Source: Candidatus Hydrothermarchaeum profundi (GTDB lineage: Archaea > Hydrothermarchaeota > Hydrothermarchaeia > Hydrothermarchaeales > Hydrothermarchaeaceae). Taken from it: a stretch of 64,000 bases of DNA. The DNA lies in contig MTMF02000009.1 of the NCBI GenBank assembly GCA_002011125.2, positions 1,512,989 through 1,576,988 on the forward strand. Reading direction: 5' to 3'. Shown here in pieces: positions 1-9,800 of the stretch (its first letter is position 1; the number at the start of each line of letters is the position of its first letter). Both the position numbers and the translations under genes were made by a program. The notes beneath the pieces are model-generated. The model was given only the letters and a program-made list of their open reading frames with translations. It made no database searches and was not told where the DNA came from.

Positions 1-1
1 G

Positions 2-769
2 ATTGTTTACGATTATGATTTTGAAGAGACATCTTCGGAGTTAGTTCAGGCTTCAATACAGGACGTATCAAATAGCTTGGAAAAGAGCAATGAAGGAGTG
101 GGGGTTTCTATCTCATCTGCAAGCAAAAGCATCCTGAATGCCTCTCTCGGAATAATGGATGCAGGGCAAAAGGTGAAAGACGCGGCTCAAAACGTTAGGG
201 CTACAGCTGAAGAACTTGACAGAACCTCTGAGGAACTGCTTTCAGCTTCAAAGTTCCAAAAAGATGCAAGCGAATATTTAAAAGAGGCTGCTTCTACCTT
301 CTCTTTATGGGCGGATGTATATAGCTATAATGGTAGCTCTCTGCCTGGAAAGAGCACGTTCCTTTCAGCTGTAGATAACATTGACAATGCTGCAGAAAAG
401 CTTGAGAGTTCTTCAATAAAACTAGCGGAGTCATCCGGCACCCTAACCTTAGCTACAAATAATTTAAAAAGTACTTCATCGAATCTCAATGGAACCGGTT
501 TATATTTAGCAACAACTGGAGAGAGCTTGGAAAAAACGGGTAATAGTTTAATGGGGATGCATAATCATTTAGGAGATTTCATGAGTTATATCTCCGCACC
601 AGTAAAAGAACTTCAGAGTAGTATGAGTATAATTTCAGATACCACAAGAAACATCAAAACAGTATCTTATGCTATTGTCGGGTATCTAATAATAGCCCAC
701 CTTATATTACTTGGAGTAGGTATAGCTATTATTATAATAGAAATGAATCTTTTTTATCCAGCTAGGTAG
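2..769 (+). CDS. Heptad-repeat coiled-coil membrane protein (5'-truncated)
   Basis: Frame is open from base 2 (IVYDYDFEE...) into ORF 77..769; Ser/Ala/Leu heptad repeats and a C-terminal hydrophobic helix. Confidence 0.6.
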   Translation: MVYDYDFEETSSELVQASIQDVSNSLEKSNEGVGVSISSASKSILNASLGIMDAGQKVKDAAQNVRATAEELDRTSEELLSASKFQKDASEYLKEAASTFSLWADVYSYNGSSLPGKSTFLSAVDNIDNAAEKLESSSIKLAESSGTLTLATNNLKSTSSNLNGTGLYLATTGESLEKTGNSLMGMHNHLGDFMSYISAPVKELQSSMSIISDTTRNIKTVSYAIVGYLIIAHLILLGVGIAIIIIEMNLFYPAR

Positions 770-782
770 GAGGTGTATTTCT

Positions 783-2162
783 TTGGAAAAAATAGGAGTG
801 TTACTCGTAAGCTATGGGTCTAGGGCTGCCTCGATCGCTGATGCACTGTGTAGAAGCGATAATTATGATGTTAGAATATATGATGCTGATAAACAACGCA
901 ATCCCTTTATTCTGAAGAGATCTGCGGACTACATAGTTAGTCTAGACCCTAGCGATATAGTTAATTTCGCAAAAAAACATAAAAATGAAATAGATTTCGG
1001 GATAGTTGGGCCGGAGGCTCCGATAATAGCTGGTGTGAGAGATCTCGTTGAGAAAGAAACCGGAATACCTATGATATGCCCTACAAAAGAGTTTGCTCTT
1101 GAGGGAAGCAAGGTAGCTCAGAGAAAGCTATTAGAAAAATGCTATCCAAAGGCGAATCCAAGGTTTAAGATATTTGATCCAGAAGAGTACTCTAATAAGA
1201 ATGAAGTGAAGAAGGATCTTTGGAAGTGGCTTGACGAAATGGATAATCAAGTAGCAGTAAAACCTGACAATCCTACTGCTGGGAAGGGCGTAGGAGTTTG
1301 GGGTGATCACTTTAGCAGCAGAGAGGAGTTATATGCTTTTTTCTTGGCAAATTTTGAGCATGGCAAAGTGATCGTTGAAGAAAAAATCGATGGAGAAGAG
1401 TTTAGCCTTCAATTTTTCTCTGATGGAAAACATTTAGTTGAGACACCCTGTGTAAGGGACTACAAAAGGGCTTTCGATGGGGATAGAGGACCTAATACAG
1501 GCGGTATGGGATGCTATAAAGATGTGAGCCATAAGCTTCCATTCATGTATGAGAGCGATTGGGAAGAAGGCTTGAAAATAGGCCGTAGAATATTTGAAGA
1601 ATTAAAAGGTGATGGCAGTAACCTAGGATTAAGAGGCATACCTTTATACATGGCTTATACTTGCGCAAAAGAAGGGGTTAAGGTTTTTGAAATAAATTCC
1701 CGTCCTGGCGATCCGGAAATAATGAATCTAATGCCAATTTTAGAGGATGACTTTGTGGACACATGCTTTAACATTATCGAAGGCAACCTAGCTAACCTTA
1801 GATTTAAATCTCTTGCGACTGTTATTACATACGCAGTACCAATGACTTATGGGGGATATCGCAAAAAATATTCTGGTGATAGGAAAGTGGATTTAACGGA
1901 CGCTTATAAGCTAATGGAAAAGTATAACGGTGCATTGAGAGTTTACCCCGGCTCTATGGAGCTACGTGATGACGGTAATAGCTATCTATTGGGCTCTAGG
2001 ACCGTAGGTTGCGTGGGAATTGGAAGAAGTATAGAAGAAGCGAGGGATATTTCTCTAGAAGCGATTCAAAGTATAGATGGGCCTTTATGGAATAGATGGG
2101 ATATTGGCTCTAAAGAACATATTGCCAGCAGTATAGAACATGTGAAAAGCCTGAGAAAATGA
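783..2162 (+). CDS. purD: Phosphoribosylamine--glycine ligase
   Basis: Motifs VGPEAP, LEGSK, GKGV, DYKRAFDGDRGPNTGGMG, EINSRPGDPE; SD GGAGGTG before TTG. Confidence 0.95.
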   Translation: MEKIGVLLVSYGSRAASIADALCRSDNYDVRIYDADKQRNPFILKRSADYIVSLDPSDIVNFAKKHKNEIDFGIVGPEAPIIAGVRDLVEKETGIPMICPTKEFALEGSKVAQRKLLEKCYPKANPRFKIFDPEEYSNKNEVKKDLWKWLDEMDNQVAVKPDNPTAGKGVGVWGDHFSSREELYAFFLANFEHGKVIVEEKIDGEEFSLQFFSDGKHLVETPCVRDYKRAFDGDRGPNTGGMGCYKDVSHKLPFMYESDWEEGLKIGRRIFEELKGDGSNLGLRGIPLYMAYTCAKEGVKVFEINSRPGDPEIMNLMPILEDDFVDTCFNIIEGNLANLRFKSLATVITYAVPMTYGGYRKKYSGDRKVDLTDAYKLMEKYNGALRVYPGSMELRDDGNSYLLGSRTVGCVGIGRSIEEARDISLEAIQSIDGPLWNRWDIGSKEHIASSIEHVKSLRK

Positions 2163-3058
2163 ACCTCATTTCAATATTAGATGTGAAGGACATTAGCCTT
2201 CTATTTGAGAGAGCTAAACAGTTTAAGAAGGAAAAGAGAATAGGTGTCTGCCATGAGTACCTCCATGGCAAAACCCTAGCTATGATTTTTGAGAAAGCAT
2301 CTACTCGTACTAGAGTATCCTTTGAAGTGGCGATGAATCAGTTAGGTGGACATTCTATCTATCTAGAATGGAAGACAATGCAGCTAGGCAGGGGGGAGTC
2401 TCTTAAGGATACAGCAAAAACTCTTAGTAGATATGTTGACGGGCTGATGATTAGGGCCTATAGACATAGTGATGTTGTAGAAATAGCTAAACACTCTGAT
2501 ATACCCGTAATAAATGGATTAACTGACCTAGAGCATCCTTGCCAAGCTCTTTCAGATCTCTTTACAATTCAGGAGCTAAGAAGTTTTGATGCAAAGCTTG
2601 CTTATGTTGGTGACGGAAACAATGTGTGCAACTCTTTACTACTGGGCTCCGCATTGGTTGGAATGGACATCTCAGTAGCCTGCCCTAAAGGATACGAGCC
2701 TCCTGAAAGCATTATCTCGATAGCAAAAGAGATAGCGGATACTACGGGATCTAAAGTATCTTTAACGCATGACCCGTTTGAAGCGGTAGCGGATTGCGAT
2801 ATAATCTATACCGATGTATGGGTTAGCATGGGGCAGGAAGAGGAGAGAAAAAGAAGACTTAAAGTTTTTAGGCCTTTTCAAGTTAATTCTGAGTTGGTTA
2901 AACACGGGAATGATCCCTTAATTATGCATTGTCTTCCAGCGAAGAGAGGAGAAGAGATTACTGATGAAGTAATAGATGGTCCTAACTCTATAGTTTTTAC
3001 TCAGGCAGAAAATCGATTGCATCTCCAGAAGGCTCTCTTATTTAGACTTTTAAAATAG
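2159..3058 (+). CDS. argF: Ornithine carbamoyltransferase
   Basis: Motifs STRTRVSFE, HPCQ, DVWVSMG, HCLP; ATGA overlap with purD. Confidence 0.96.
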   Translation: MNLISILDVKDISLLFERAKQFKKEKRIGVCHEYLHGKTLAMIFEKASTRTRVSFEVAMNQLGGHSIYLEWKTMQLGRGESLKDTAKTLSRYVDGLMIRAYRHSDVVEIAKHSDIPVINGLTDLEHPCQALSDLFTIQELRSFDAKLAYVGDGNNVCNSLLLGSALVGMDISVACPKGYEPPESIISIAKEIADTTGSKVSLTHDPFEAVADCDIIYTDVWVSMGQEEERKRRLKVFRPFQVNSELVKHGNDPLIMHCLPAKRGEEITDEVIDGPNSIVFTQAENRLHLQKALLFRLLK

Positions 3059-3313
3059 TCTCGTAGCTCTTACAACCGATACGTCCCCTACGCCGGGAAT
3101 TTTTTTTAGAGTTTCTTCAAGGTCGTCAGTTGCACCTTCTGTCTCTTGGACGACAAATGAGGATCTAAGCGCTACCAAGCCAAAAGCTATAGGTTCTTCT
3201 TCGATTTTATCCAGCCTTCCCTTTTTTACTTGCTTGATTTCTTCTTTAATCTTATTTATGTCCGTTTCTGCGCTTTCAGGCATTATTTTGATGGTTACTA
3301 ATACTTCTGCCAT
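3050..3313 (-). CDS. ef1b: Translation elongation factor 1-beta
   Basis: 87 aa; N-terminal KIMPES and EEEPIAFGLVAL signature. Confidence 0.95.
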   Translation of the reverse strand: MAEVLVTIKIMPESAETDINKIKEEIKQVKKGRLDKIEEEPIAFGLVALRSSFVVQETEGATDDLEETLKKIPGVGDVSVVRATRLF

Positions 3314-3315
3314 TT

Positions 3316-3477
3316 TTAGGGTCCCTCAAAACCGCACTTGCTTACATACCTTTTTCCAAGTTCACGACATCTTTTGCATCTACCAATAATTTCATCACAC
3401 TCTGGACACGGGAACCTTACAGCGCCTTTACCCACCTGTATATAGGTACCGCAGGATATACATGTTAGTCTTTCCAT
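3316..3477 (-). CDS. Small CPxCG-type zinc-finger protein (DUF1610/HVO_2753-like); not in ORF track
   Basis: Manual translation MERLTCISCGTYIQVGKGAVRFPCPECDEIIGRCKRCRELGKRYVSKCGFEGP (53 aa); SD GAGGTG; usual position upstream of EF-1beta. Confidence 0.9.
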   Translation of the reverse strand: MERLTCISCGTYIQVGKGAVRFPCPECDEIIGRCKRCRELGKRYVSKCGFEGP

Positions 3478-3517
3478 ATTACACCTCTAAGGGCATTCCT
3501 TTAATTCGTTTACATAT

Positions 3518-4330
3518 TTAAAGGCTACCTATGAAGAAGGATACCAATGCTGTTAGCATGCCTATTTTTATATTTTTCTGAAAGGATGTGGGACTTAGAT
3601 CTCTTAGGAATTTTATCGTAGAGTATAAGAAGATAGCATCAGCAATGGTCACTAGCGCAAGATATACTGTATTTAAGAACCCGAGGAGATATGGGAGAGG
3701 ACTGATTAAAAGAGCTATAATTACCAATATTGCAGCTATTTCCGACGAGCTTTTTAACCCTATCTCTGATGGTAGTGTCCTTATATATTTCCTATCCCCC
3801 ACGAAGTCCTCCATATCTTTGGCTATTTCTCTACTTGTGTTTACAATAAATGCAAGCAATGCTAGTAGTAGAGTCGGTAGGATATTACCCACAACAGCCA
3901 ATCCTCCGAATACGAATGGGGACGCTACTAAGTAACTTACTGTGAAGTTTTTGGTAATGCCCCCCCCTTTTTTTATTTTCCAGGCGTATATGTAGAGTAA
4001 TATTGAATTGAAAAAAGCTAGTAATAACGCGTAAATATTAATGAAAATTGACACAAGAATTCCTATCGCAAAAAGTATTAAAGAATAGTAGTAGGCAGTT
4101 TGTAGGGATATTTCGCCTGAAGGTAGTGGACGGGCAGGCCTATTTATCCTATCAATTTCTATGTCAAAATAGTCGTTAATGGCGTTTCCAGCGCCACAGA
4201 TTAGGAAAGTAGCGAGAAAAGCGAGAGCTACATCCCATGAAAGAGGGCCTAACGCAATACTTGCTCCAATTAAAACAGCGATTCCCGCCATCATGCAATT
4301 TAGGGGCCTTAGTAGCTTAAGGTAGGCCAT
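3518..4330 (-). CDS. UbiA-family prenyltransferase, likely digeranylgeranylglyceryl phosphate synthase
   Basis: LLRPLN start, NDYFDIEIDRINRPARPLPSG, REIAKDMED; start moved to ATG 4330 because the longer ORF overlaps the tRNA. Confidence 0.88.
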   Translation of the reverse strand: MAYLKLLRPLNCMMAGIAVLIGASIALGPLSWDVALAFLATFLICGAGNAINDYFDIEIDRINRPARPLPSGEISLQTAYYYSLILFAIGILVSIFINIYALLLAFFNSILLYIYAWKIKKGGGITKNFTVSYLVASPFVFGGLAVVGNILPTLLLALLAFIVNTSREIAKDMEDFVGDRKYIRTLPSEIGLKSSSEIAAILVIIALLISPLPYLLGFLNTVYLALVTIADAIFLYSTIKFLRDLSPTSFQKNIKIGMLTALVSFFIGSL

Positions 4331-4376
4331 ACTACCAAAATTTTTTTGTAGGTATTTATTAATGTTTATCCCATAT

Positions 4377-4449
4377 AGCCCGGTAGTGTAGTGGTCAATC
4401 ATGGGGGACTCTGGATCCCTCGACAGCGGTTCGAATCCGCTCCGGGCTA
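4377..4449 (+). tRNA. tRNA-Gln(CTG)
   Basis: Acceptor stem AGCCCGG/CCGGGCT-A, anticodon loop CT-CTG-GA, T arm AGCGG-TTCGAAT-CCGCT; 73 nt, CCA not encoded. Confidence 0.96.
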
Positions 4450-4627
4450 TACTCCAAGAATTTCATTGCTGATATCCTTTGGATAACCGTAGAGGATAAA
4501 TCTATTGATGAGCACTATAGAGGTTACCGTAATTATATTAACTCCAATAAGGAATAACTTTAATATTGGGGAAGATAATATCAAACCCAATTTTTTATAA
4601 TCATGAAGTAATAGGGGGTATCCCTAA

Positions 4628-4921
4628 GTGTACAAAGATGAGTTGATAGGTCTTCACCAATTGCTATACCATATATGCAAATTACTCCAGGATAATGGGG
4701 TCTCGTTAGACGATTTCCAGGAGTATATGAGCTTGGAAATCAGCCCCCATCACATCCACAAAAGGAAAGAAGAACACAAATGTGCAGTACTCTTACTTTC
4801 TAAATGCATTTCTAAAGCTCTGGCGGAACACTATATTATGCCAAAGGCGCTTCCAAAAAGCTTTGACACGTTGGCGCAACGATGTAAGAAAGAGGCTCAA
4901 AAAGCTATTCCTAAATCCTAG
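4628..4921 (+). CDS. UPF0058 family protein
   Basis: MYKDELIxLHQLL and ISPHHIHKxKxEHKxAV family motifs. Confidence 0.85.
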   Translation: MYKDELIGLHQLLYHICKLLQDNGVSLDDFQEYMSLEISPHHIHKRKEEHKCAVLLLSKCISKALAEHYIMPKALPKSFDTLAQRCKKEAQKAIPKS

Positions 4922-4932
4922 AAATCTTTTAT

Positions 4933-5005
4933 AGCCCGGTAGTGTAGTGGTCAATCATGCGGGCCTTTGGAGCCCGCGACAGCGGTTCGAATCCGCTCCG
5001 GGCTA
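4933..5005 (+). tRNA. tRNA-Gln(TTG)
   Basis: Same body as 4377..4449 but anticodon arm CGGGC-CTTTGGA-GCCCG. Confidence 0.96.
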
Positions 5006-5067
5006 TACTTTTTCATGCTTTTGTCACATAATATCTTTGAAACATTTTTATATTCGTGTGATTCCTT

Positions 5068-7782
5068 ATGAAAAATATGAAAAAACTGCTAATAATGGCG
5101 ATTTTTATCTTTTTTATCCAGCCTGCTTATGGTATATCTTGCCCGAAAAATGTTCATATGCTTACTCCGGATTATAACTTCGCTGATGGAGTCTTGGTAT
5201 TTAAGTATCTTGATATGGATGTGTCGGCAGGCGGCGTACAGGATAAAGTAACTACTAAGCCTAGTGAATTACTTACCGGAGAAGTAAATTGGATATGGGG
5301 CCCTAACTGTCCTGAATGCTTGGTATATGTCAATTCTTTTGGCTCATGGGATCTTACTTCCCCAGTAACCGAGATATTCTCAGGATATAAAGGTGGAGTT
5401 ACTTCTACAGTTAAGATTCCTTTCTCATTCAAAGCACCAGCTACTCCGGGCACATATAGATTTAGAATTATATTTGCGTTTGACAAGGGACCATCTAGTG
5501 ATTTCCATGCTTCAAATCTTTGCAGCCAGGTAGAATGTGAAGAAAAGGGGGAATGTCATATCCTCATTGCTGAAGGAGAGGTTATCGTTACTGAGCCTGG
5601 GGTCAATAATACTTTACCTCCTTCTATTGATATAATAAGTCCTATTTCAACTTCTGTTTCGGGAATAGTGACCACAGAAGTAGGATCAGTAATAACAATC
5701 AATGCTAAGGCAGATAAGCCTGTGAATTTTTCAGTTGAGATAGACGGCAATAAGGTTTCTGACATTCTGCCTTACAGCTGGAACACCTTTAATCTCTCAG
5801 AAGGAAGTCATACTATAGCGGTTATCGGTAGAGACAACATAGGGAATGTAGTAAGAAAGGAAATTACAGTAATTCTTACTAATACAACGTTATCGCTGGG
5901 CCAGCAGCCTATATTATTATGGAGCTATGAAGCAATTGGAGAAGTAAACTCTATTGATGTTTCACCAGACGGAAAGTATATCGCTGCAGGCACTAGTGTT
6001 GGGGTCTTTTATCTATTCGGAAATAATGGGGAAGTAATATTAGATTCCAAATTTCTAAGGGGAGTAAGAAAGACGGCTATATCCTCTGGTGGAGAATACA
6101 TAGCATTAAGTACGGAGAATGTTCTATATTATCTTCAGAAAAATGGAACGATCCTGTGGAACACTTCTTTTCCCGTAGCAGTAAACAGTATATCTATAAC
6201 TCCAGACGGAGAGTTTGTAGCAGTAGGATCTGGAAACATCATAAAATATTTTGATAAAAATGGAGTAGAACTTTGGAGCTATTCAACATCCAATAATATA
6301 AATGACGTTTCAATATCTTCTGATGGGGAATATATAGCCGCAGCCTCTGGCAATGTTATCTATTACTTAAAAGGAGACGGCTCGCTAGACTGGACTTTTT
6401 CTGCTTCAAGAGAACTTAAGGATTTATCAATTACGTCTGACGGGGCCTTTATTGCTGCGACAACTGAAAATACCCTATATTACTTAGACAAAGTTGCATC
6501 AATATTGTGGAATTATTCTGGAAATAATTTTAAAAGCGTTACAGTTGCTTCGAATGGAGAGATAATCACCGTTACCTCTGGATCAACAATAATTCTTCTG
6601 GAGAGAAGAGGCAGAGTAGTTTCTAGATTCCTAGCAGACGGTGAAATAACTCTTACAGATCTTTCTTCACAAGGGGATTATCTTGCTTATGCTTCCAGTA
6701 AAAAACTCTATTTTCTAGATAATTCAGGCCGGAGGATAGTCGCGACGCCCAGTATTCCTAGATACCTGTTGCCTACTGGAGTGGCAGTGCTTTTTTTAGC
6801 GATTGTAGTTTTACTACTACGCCGTAAGATGAGAGTGGTCGTCAAAAAAGAAGAGAAGCCATTAAAAATCGAGTCTAGTGAGATCAGAATATCTAAGGAA
6901 AAAGAGCCATTACGGGAGCAGTACGGCAAAGTTCTTGTAAAAGTTGTTAATTCAAGAACAAAAAAACCTATCCCCCTAGCTTCTGTTTCGCTTAGAGGTC
7001 TTGTAAAAACAACAGATGAGAGAGGAGAAGCGTCCTTTGAGAACGTGCCATTAAGAAGGGCAGAATTATCGGTTGTAAAAGAGGAATATGAAGAACAAAT
7101 TGAAGTATTTGACGTAGATATCGAGAATAAGATAATTATAGAAATGAACCCAAGAAGCATACTTACTCAAGAGCAACGTGAAGAAATCCAGAGGAGTCTA
7201 GAGATTCTTAAAGGTGCATATGAAAAAGTCTCAACGCTAGATACGTGTATACCTAACTATTATGTTTCAGTAGCCGAGAGAATAGCTAAGATAATTGAAA
7301 TGGCAGGTTATTCGCCTGAAGTTTTTAAGTCCGAGAAGGAGCTGGAAAAAGTACTTGATTATTTAATCACAAAATTTCAGGATATATGCAAAGAACTTTC
7401 TGAAATAATGGTAGATTGGAGGAATATAAAGATTTATAAAGCGGCCGGAAAGCTTGATCCTAGTAACTGTATGGCCGGAGAGATTGATGAGAAAGTTGAT
7501 GAACTTCAAGATCTCGACGCATTAGCTGGACGAGGATTACTGTATCTTAGGGAGGAGATACGGAGCGTAGACAAGCTTATTATATCAAAAATGGATGAGC
7601 TTACCGTTCTGCCTGTATCCAGTTTATGGAAGATTTCTAAATATCTGGCTGATGAAGCATCTAGTAAGGAGAAAGTTGAAAAAGCAATTAATGTATTTCT
7701 CTCCAAGATAATATTAAACTATTCCAAAGATATGTTAGAGAATGATTCCATCGTAAAGAGACTAAAATTTGCTCTTGTCTAA
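5068..7782 (+). CDS. Single-pass surface protein: Cys-rich N domain, Ig-like domain, about 7 WD40/PQQ-like blades, TM helix, large cytoplasmic region
   Basis: Signal peptide; repeats W-x-Y...V-x-I-S-x-D-G-x-Y-I-A; TM GVAVLFLAIVVLLL followed by RRK; then a carboxypeptidase-regulatory-like beta domain and a helical C terminus. Confidence 0.75.
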   Translation: MKNMKKLLIMAIFIFFIQPAYGISCPKNVHMLTPDYNFADGVLVFKYLDMDVSAGGVQDKVTTKPSELLTGEVNWIWGPNCPECLVYVNSFGSWDLTSPVTEIFSGYKGGVTSTVKIPFSFKAPATPGTYRFRIIFAFDKGPSSDFHASNLCSQVECEEKGECHILIAEGEVIVTEPGVNNTLPPSIDIISPISTSVSGIVTTEVGSVITINAKADKPVNFSVEIDGNKVSDILPYSWNTFNLSEGSHTIAVIGRDNIGNVVRKEITVILTNTTLSLGQQPILLWSYEAIGEVNSIDVSPDGKYIAAGTSVGVFYLFGNNGEVILDSKFLRGVRKTAISSGGEYIALSTENVLYYLQKNGTILWNTSFPVAVNSISITPDGEFVAVGSGNIIKYFDKNGVELWSYSTSNNINDVSISSDGEYIAAASGNVIYYLKGDGSLDWTFSASRELKDLSITSDGAFIAATTENTLYYLDKVASILWNYSGNNFKSVTVASNGEIITVTSGSTIILLERRGRVVSRFLADGEITLTDLSSQGDYLAYASSKKLYFLDNSGRRIVATPSIPRYLLPTGVAVLFLAIVVLLLRRKMRVVVKKEEKPLKIESSEIRISKEKEPLREQYGKVLVKVVNSRTKKPIPLASVSLRGLVKTTDERGEASFENVPLRRAELSVVKEEYEEQIEVFDVDIENKIIIEMNPRSILTQEQREEIQRSLEILKGAYEKVSTLDTCIPNYYVSVAERIAKIIEMAGYSPEVFKSEKELEKVLDYLITKFQDICKELSEIMVDWRNIKIYKAAGKLDPSNCMAGEIDEKVDELQDLDALAGRGLLYLREEIRSVDKLIISKMDELTVLPVSSLWKISKYLADEASSKEKVEKAINVFLSKIILNYSKDMLENDSIVKRLKFALV

Positions 7783-9800
7783 TCTTCGCCTATCACGACA
7801 TCGCCTACACTGGATTCTCTATCATCTTGTTTAAATCTCTGCATTCCAATAGTTACTCTGCCCATAAACCAGATAAAAGTTAAAACTAGAATACTGCCAT
7901 ATGCAACAAAAGCAATAAAAATCTGGTTCTTTTGTTTGTAAAGAATTTGTAGTTCTTCGGCAATGCGTTCTGCGTCTTTAATCTCGCCTGCTTTTCTATA
8001 CAGACTTTCCGCCGTTTCATAATTTTTTATTGCGCTTTCGTAGTTAGTAGAAACTTCATCATAGTCAAGAGGATTGTATACGAAATAAAATGTTCCTTCT
8101 CCCTCACCCAACTGGAACATCTTGCTTCTAGCATTACGTAACATTATTTCTGCCTTTTTAACATCTTCAGATGCAGAGAGCAATGATTTCTCATATCTAT
8201 CCTGCAATAACTGTTGTGTCTGTTGGTATTCTCTTGCTTTTTTCTCATCACCTGAATATTTAGAGATCTCTGACATTCTCTTGTATAATAACGATGCCAC
8301 TTTATAGTCGTTCTCCTTGGTTTCTGCGGCTTTATTTTCTAGATCCTTTAAGACATTCTTTGCAAATCTTTGCCAGAGATTTTGAGCTGCCGTCACGCTT
8401 TTACTTGATTGCAATTTGAGTTCTGCGTCCTCTAGGTTCTCATCTCCGATTCTAATCTTATTTAAAGCACTATTAGCTTTAATTATTGCATCAGCAGAAC
8501 TGATTAATTTTCCATCTATAAGATCTTTCTCAGAGTCTTCCAAATAACTTAGAAGTGACCTCACTCCACTATACACCGACATCACCATCGCGATCTTACG
8601 AATCTCGGTTTTCCCCTTAGCATTTTCGAGAAGGAGAAGGGTATCCTGTATTAGAGACTTCTCTTCTTGGCTATCCGTTGAAGCACTCAGATTTTTAAGA
8701 TAGCCGGTGGCTTCTTCAATTCCTGGAAAATAGACAGTGACATACAGATAAATGGTTTGTTTTCCAGCGTAGTGAGTTTTTAGGTCATATGCCCAGTCCT
8801 TATCCCCTAAACTGGCATCTGGAGGTAGAGTAATACTAAAGCTATAATTTTCAGATTCTCCTGGAGCTATATAATCATCGCCCTTAATGCTTACCCATCC
8901 TTTTGGACCATTGGTAAGAGAAAAACTTAATCCTTCTATGGGAGTAAATCCACCAACTTCGCTAATTGTTATTATTCTAGTAGTAGTGTCCTTTCCCGGC
9001 TCGAAGGTGATCTTACCCATATCTATTGTTTTTTTGCTTATTTCCATTTTCGGTTGTGGTATAGTATATTTAGCTTCTTGAGGCTCTGACGTGATCACAC
9101 TTGTAGAAGTAATGATTGGTTTAATATTATATGTGCCGGGTTTTAGTCCCTTTTGGGGTATAGTGACGTTTACTTGGATGTTTTTGGATTCAAGAGGATC
9201 AAGGTCCCCTATCTCCCCAGAGTATAGAAGTTCTGCAGGACCGATCTCCGCTATTAAGACTGTAACGTTAGAAGCGTTTTTATATCCATAATATTCCTCA
9301 ACTGTTAATATTCGTTTAAAGGATGTTCCAGCCTTGACATTCCCCCAGTCTACTTTGTCCCAGATAGCCCTTATTGTTGGATTGGGATAATTTATCTTTA
9401 CTGTGAATCCTGTAATATTCTGAGACGCTAAATTAGTGCCGGTTATTGAGAGAACTCCGCCAGTATATGTCTTTTCTTCCATAGAGGAAGATGCATAGAA
9501 TGTTACTGTTATATCCTTGTGCGTGTTTGGATTAAGATAGAAACTCTTTGAAGCATCATCTATTGAAGCCGTAATACCGTCAATACCATAGAATGATACG
9601 CTTAAATCCTGAATATTCCTACCAGATTCATTGCCTAAAGTTACTCTTATAACCCTCGTTAGCGAGAAAGTTTCCCCCTTTGGTTTATCAAAATCATAGA
9701 TAAGTTCTTTATCTCCTAGAAAACTTGCAGTTGCATCTGCATATGTAAGAGGAACTAACAAAAGGAAACAGAATAATATAATTAAATATTTAATACTCAC
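7779..9800 (-). CDS. Secreted membrane-anchored protein (Ig-like domains, helical region, C-terminal TM)
   Basis: Signal peptide, beta-rich N half, helical C half, TM IFIAFVAYGSILVLTFIWF, short tail. Confidence 0.7.
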   Translation of the reverse strand: MSIKYLIILFCFLLLVPLTYADATASFLGDKELIYDFDKPKGETFSLTRVIRVTLGNESGRNIQDLSVSFYGIDGITASIDDASKSFYLNPNTHKDITVTFYASSSMEEKTYTGGVLSITGTNLASQNITGFTVKINYPNPTIRAIWDKVDWGNVKAGTSFKRILTVEEYYGYKNASNVTVLIAEIGPAELLYSGEIGDLDPLESKNIQVNVTIPQKGLKPGTYNIKPIITSTSVITSEPQEAKYTIPQPKMEISKKTIDMGKITFEPGKDTTTRIITISEVGGFTPIEGLSFSLTNGPKGWVSIKGDDYIAPGESENYSFSITLPPDASLGDKDWAYDLKTHYAGKQTIYLYVTVYFPGIEEATGYLKNLSASTDSQEEKSLIQDTLLLLENAKGKTEIRKIAMVMSVYSGVRSLLSYLEDSEKDLIDGKLISSADAIIKANSALNKIRIGDENLEDAELKLQSSKSVTAAQNLWQRFAKNVLKDLENKAAETKENDYKVASLLYKRMSEISKYSGDEKKAREYQQTQQLLQDRYEKSLLSASEDVKKAEIMLRNARSKMFQLGEGEGTFYFVYNPLDYDEVSTNYESAIKNYETAESLYRKAGEIKDAERIAEELQILYKQKNQIFIAFVAYGSILVLTFIWFMGRVTIGMQRFKQDDRESSVGDVVIGED

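Noticed and set aside
4460-4530. Possible C/D-box sRNA (CTGA and TGATGA present)
   Set aside because: Boxes are in the wrong order and there is no downstream D box
4377-5005. Near-identical tRNA copies as att sites of an integrated element
   Set aside because: Both are complete tRNA-Gln isoacceptors with different, correctly paired anticodon arms; only UPF0058 lies between them and there is no integrase
4947-5177. 76-aa ORF, and the 4331-4402 extension of the UbiA ORF
   Set aside because: They overlap tRNA genes or the start of a longer gene; treated as shadow frames
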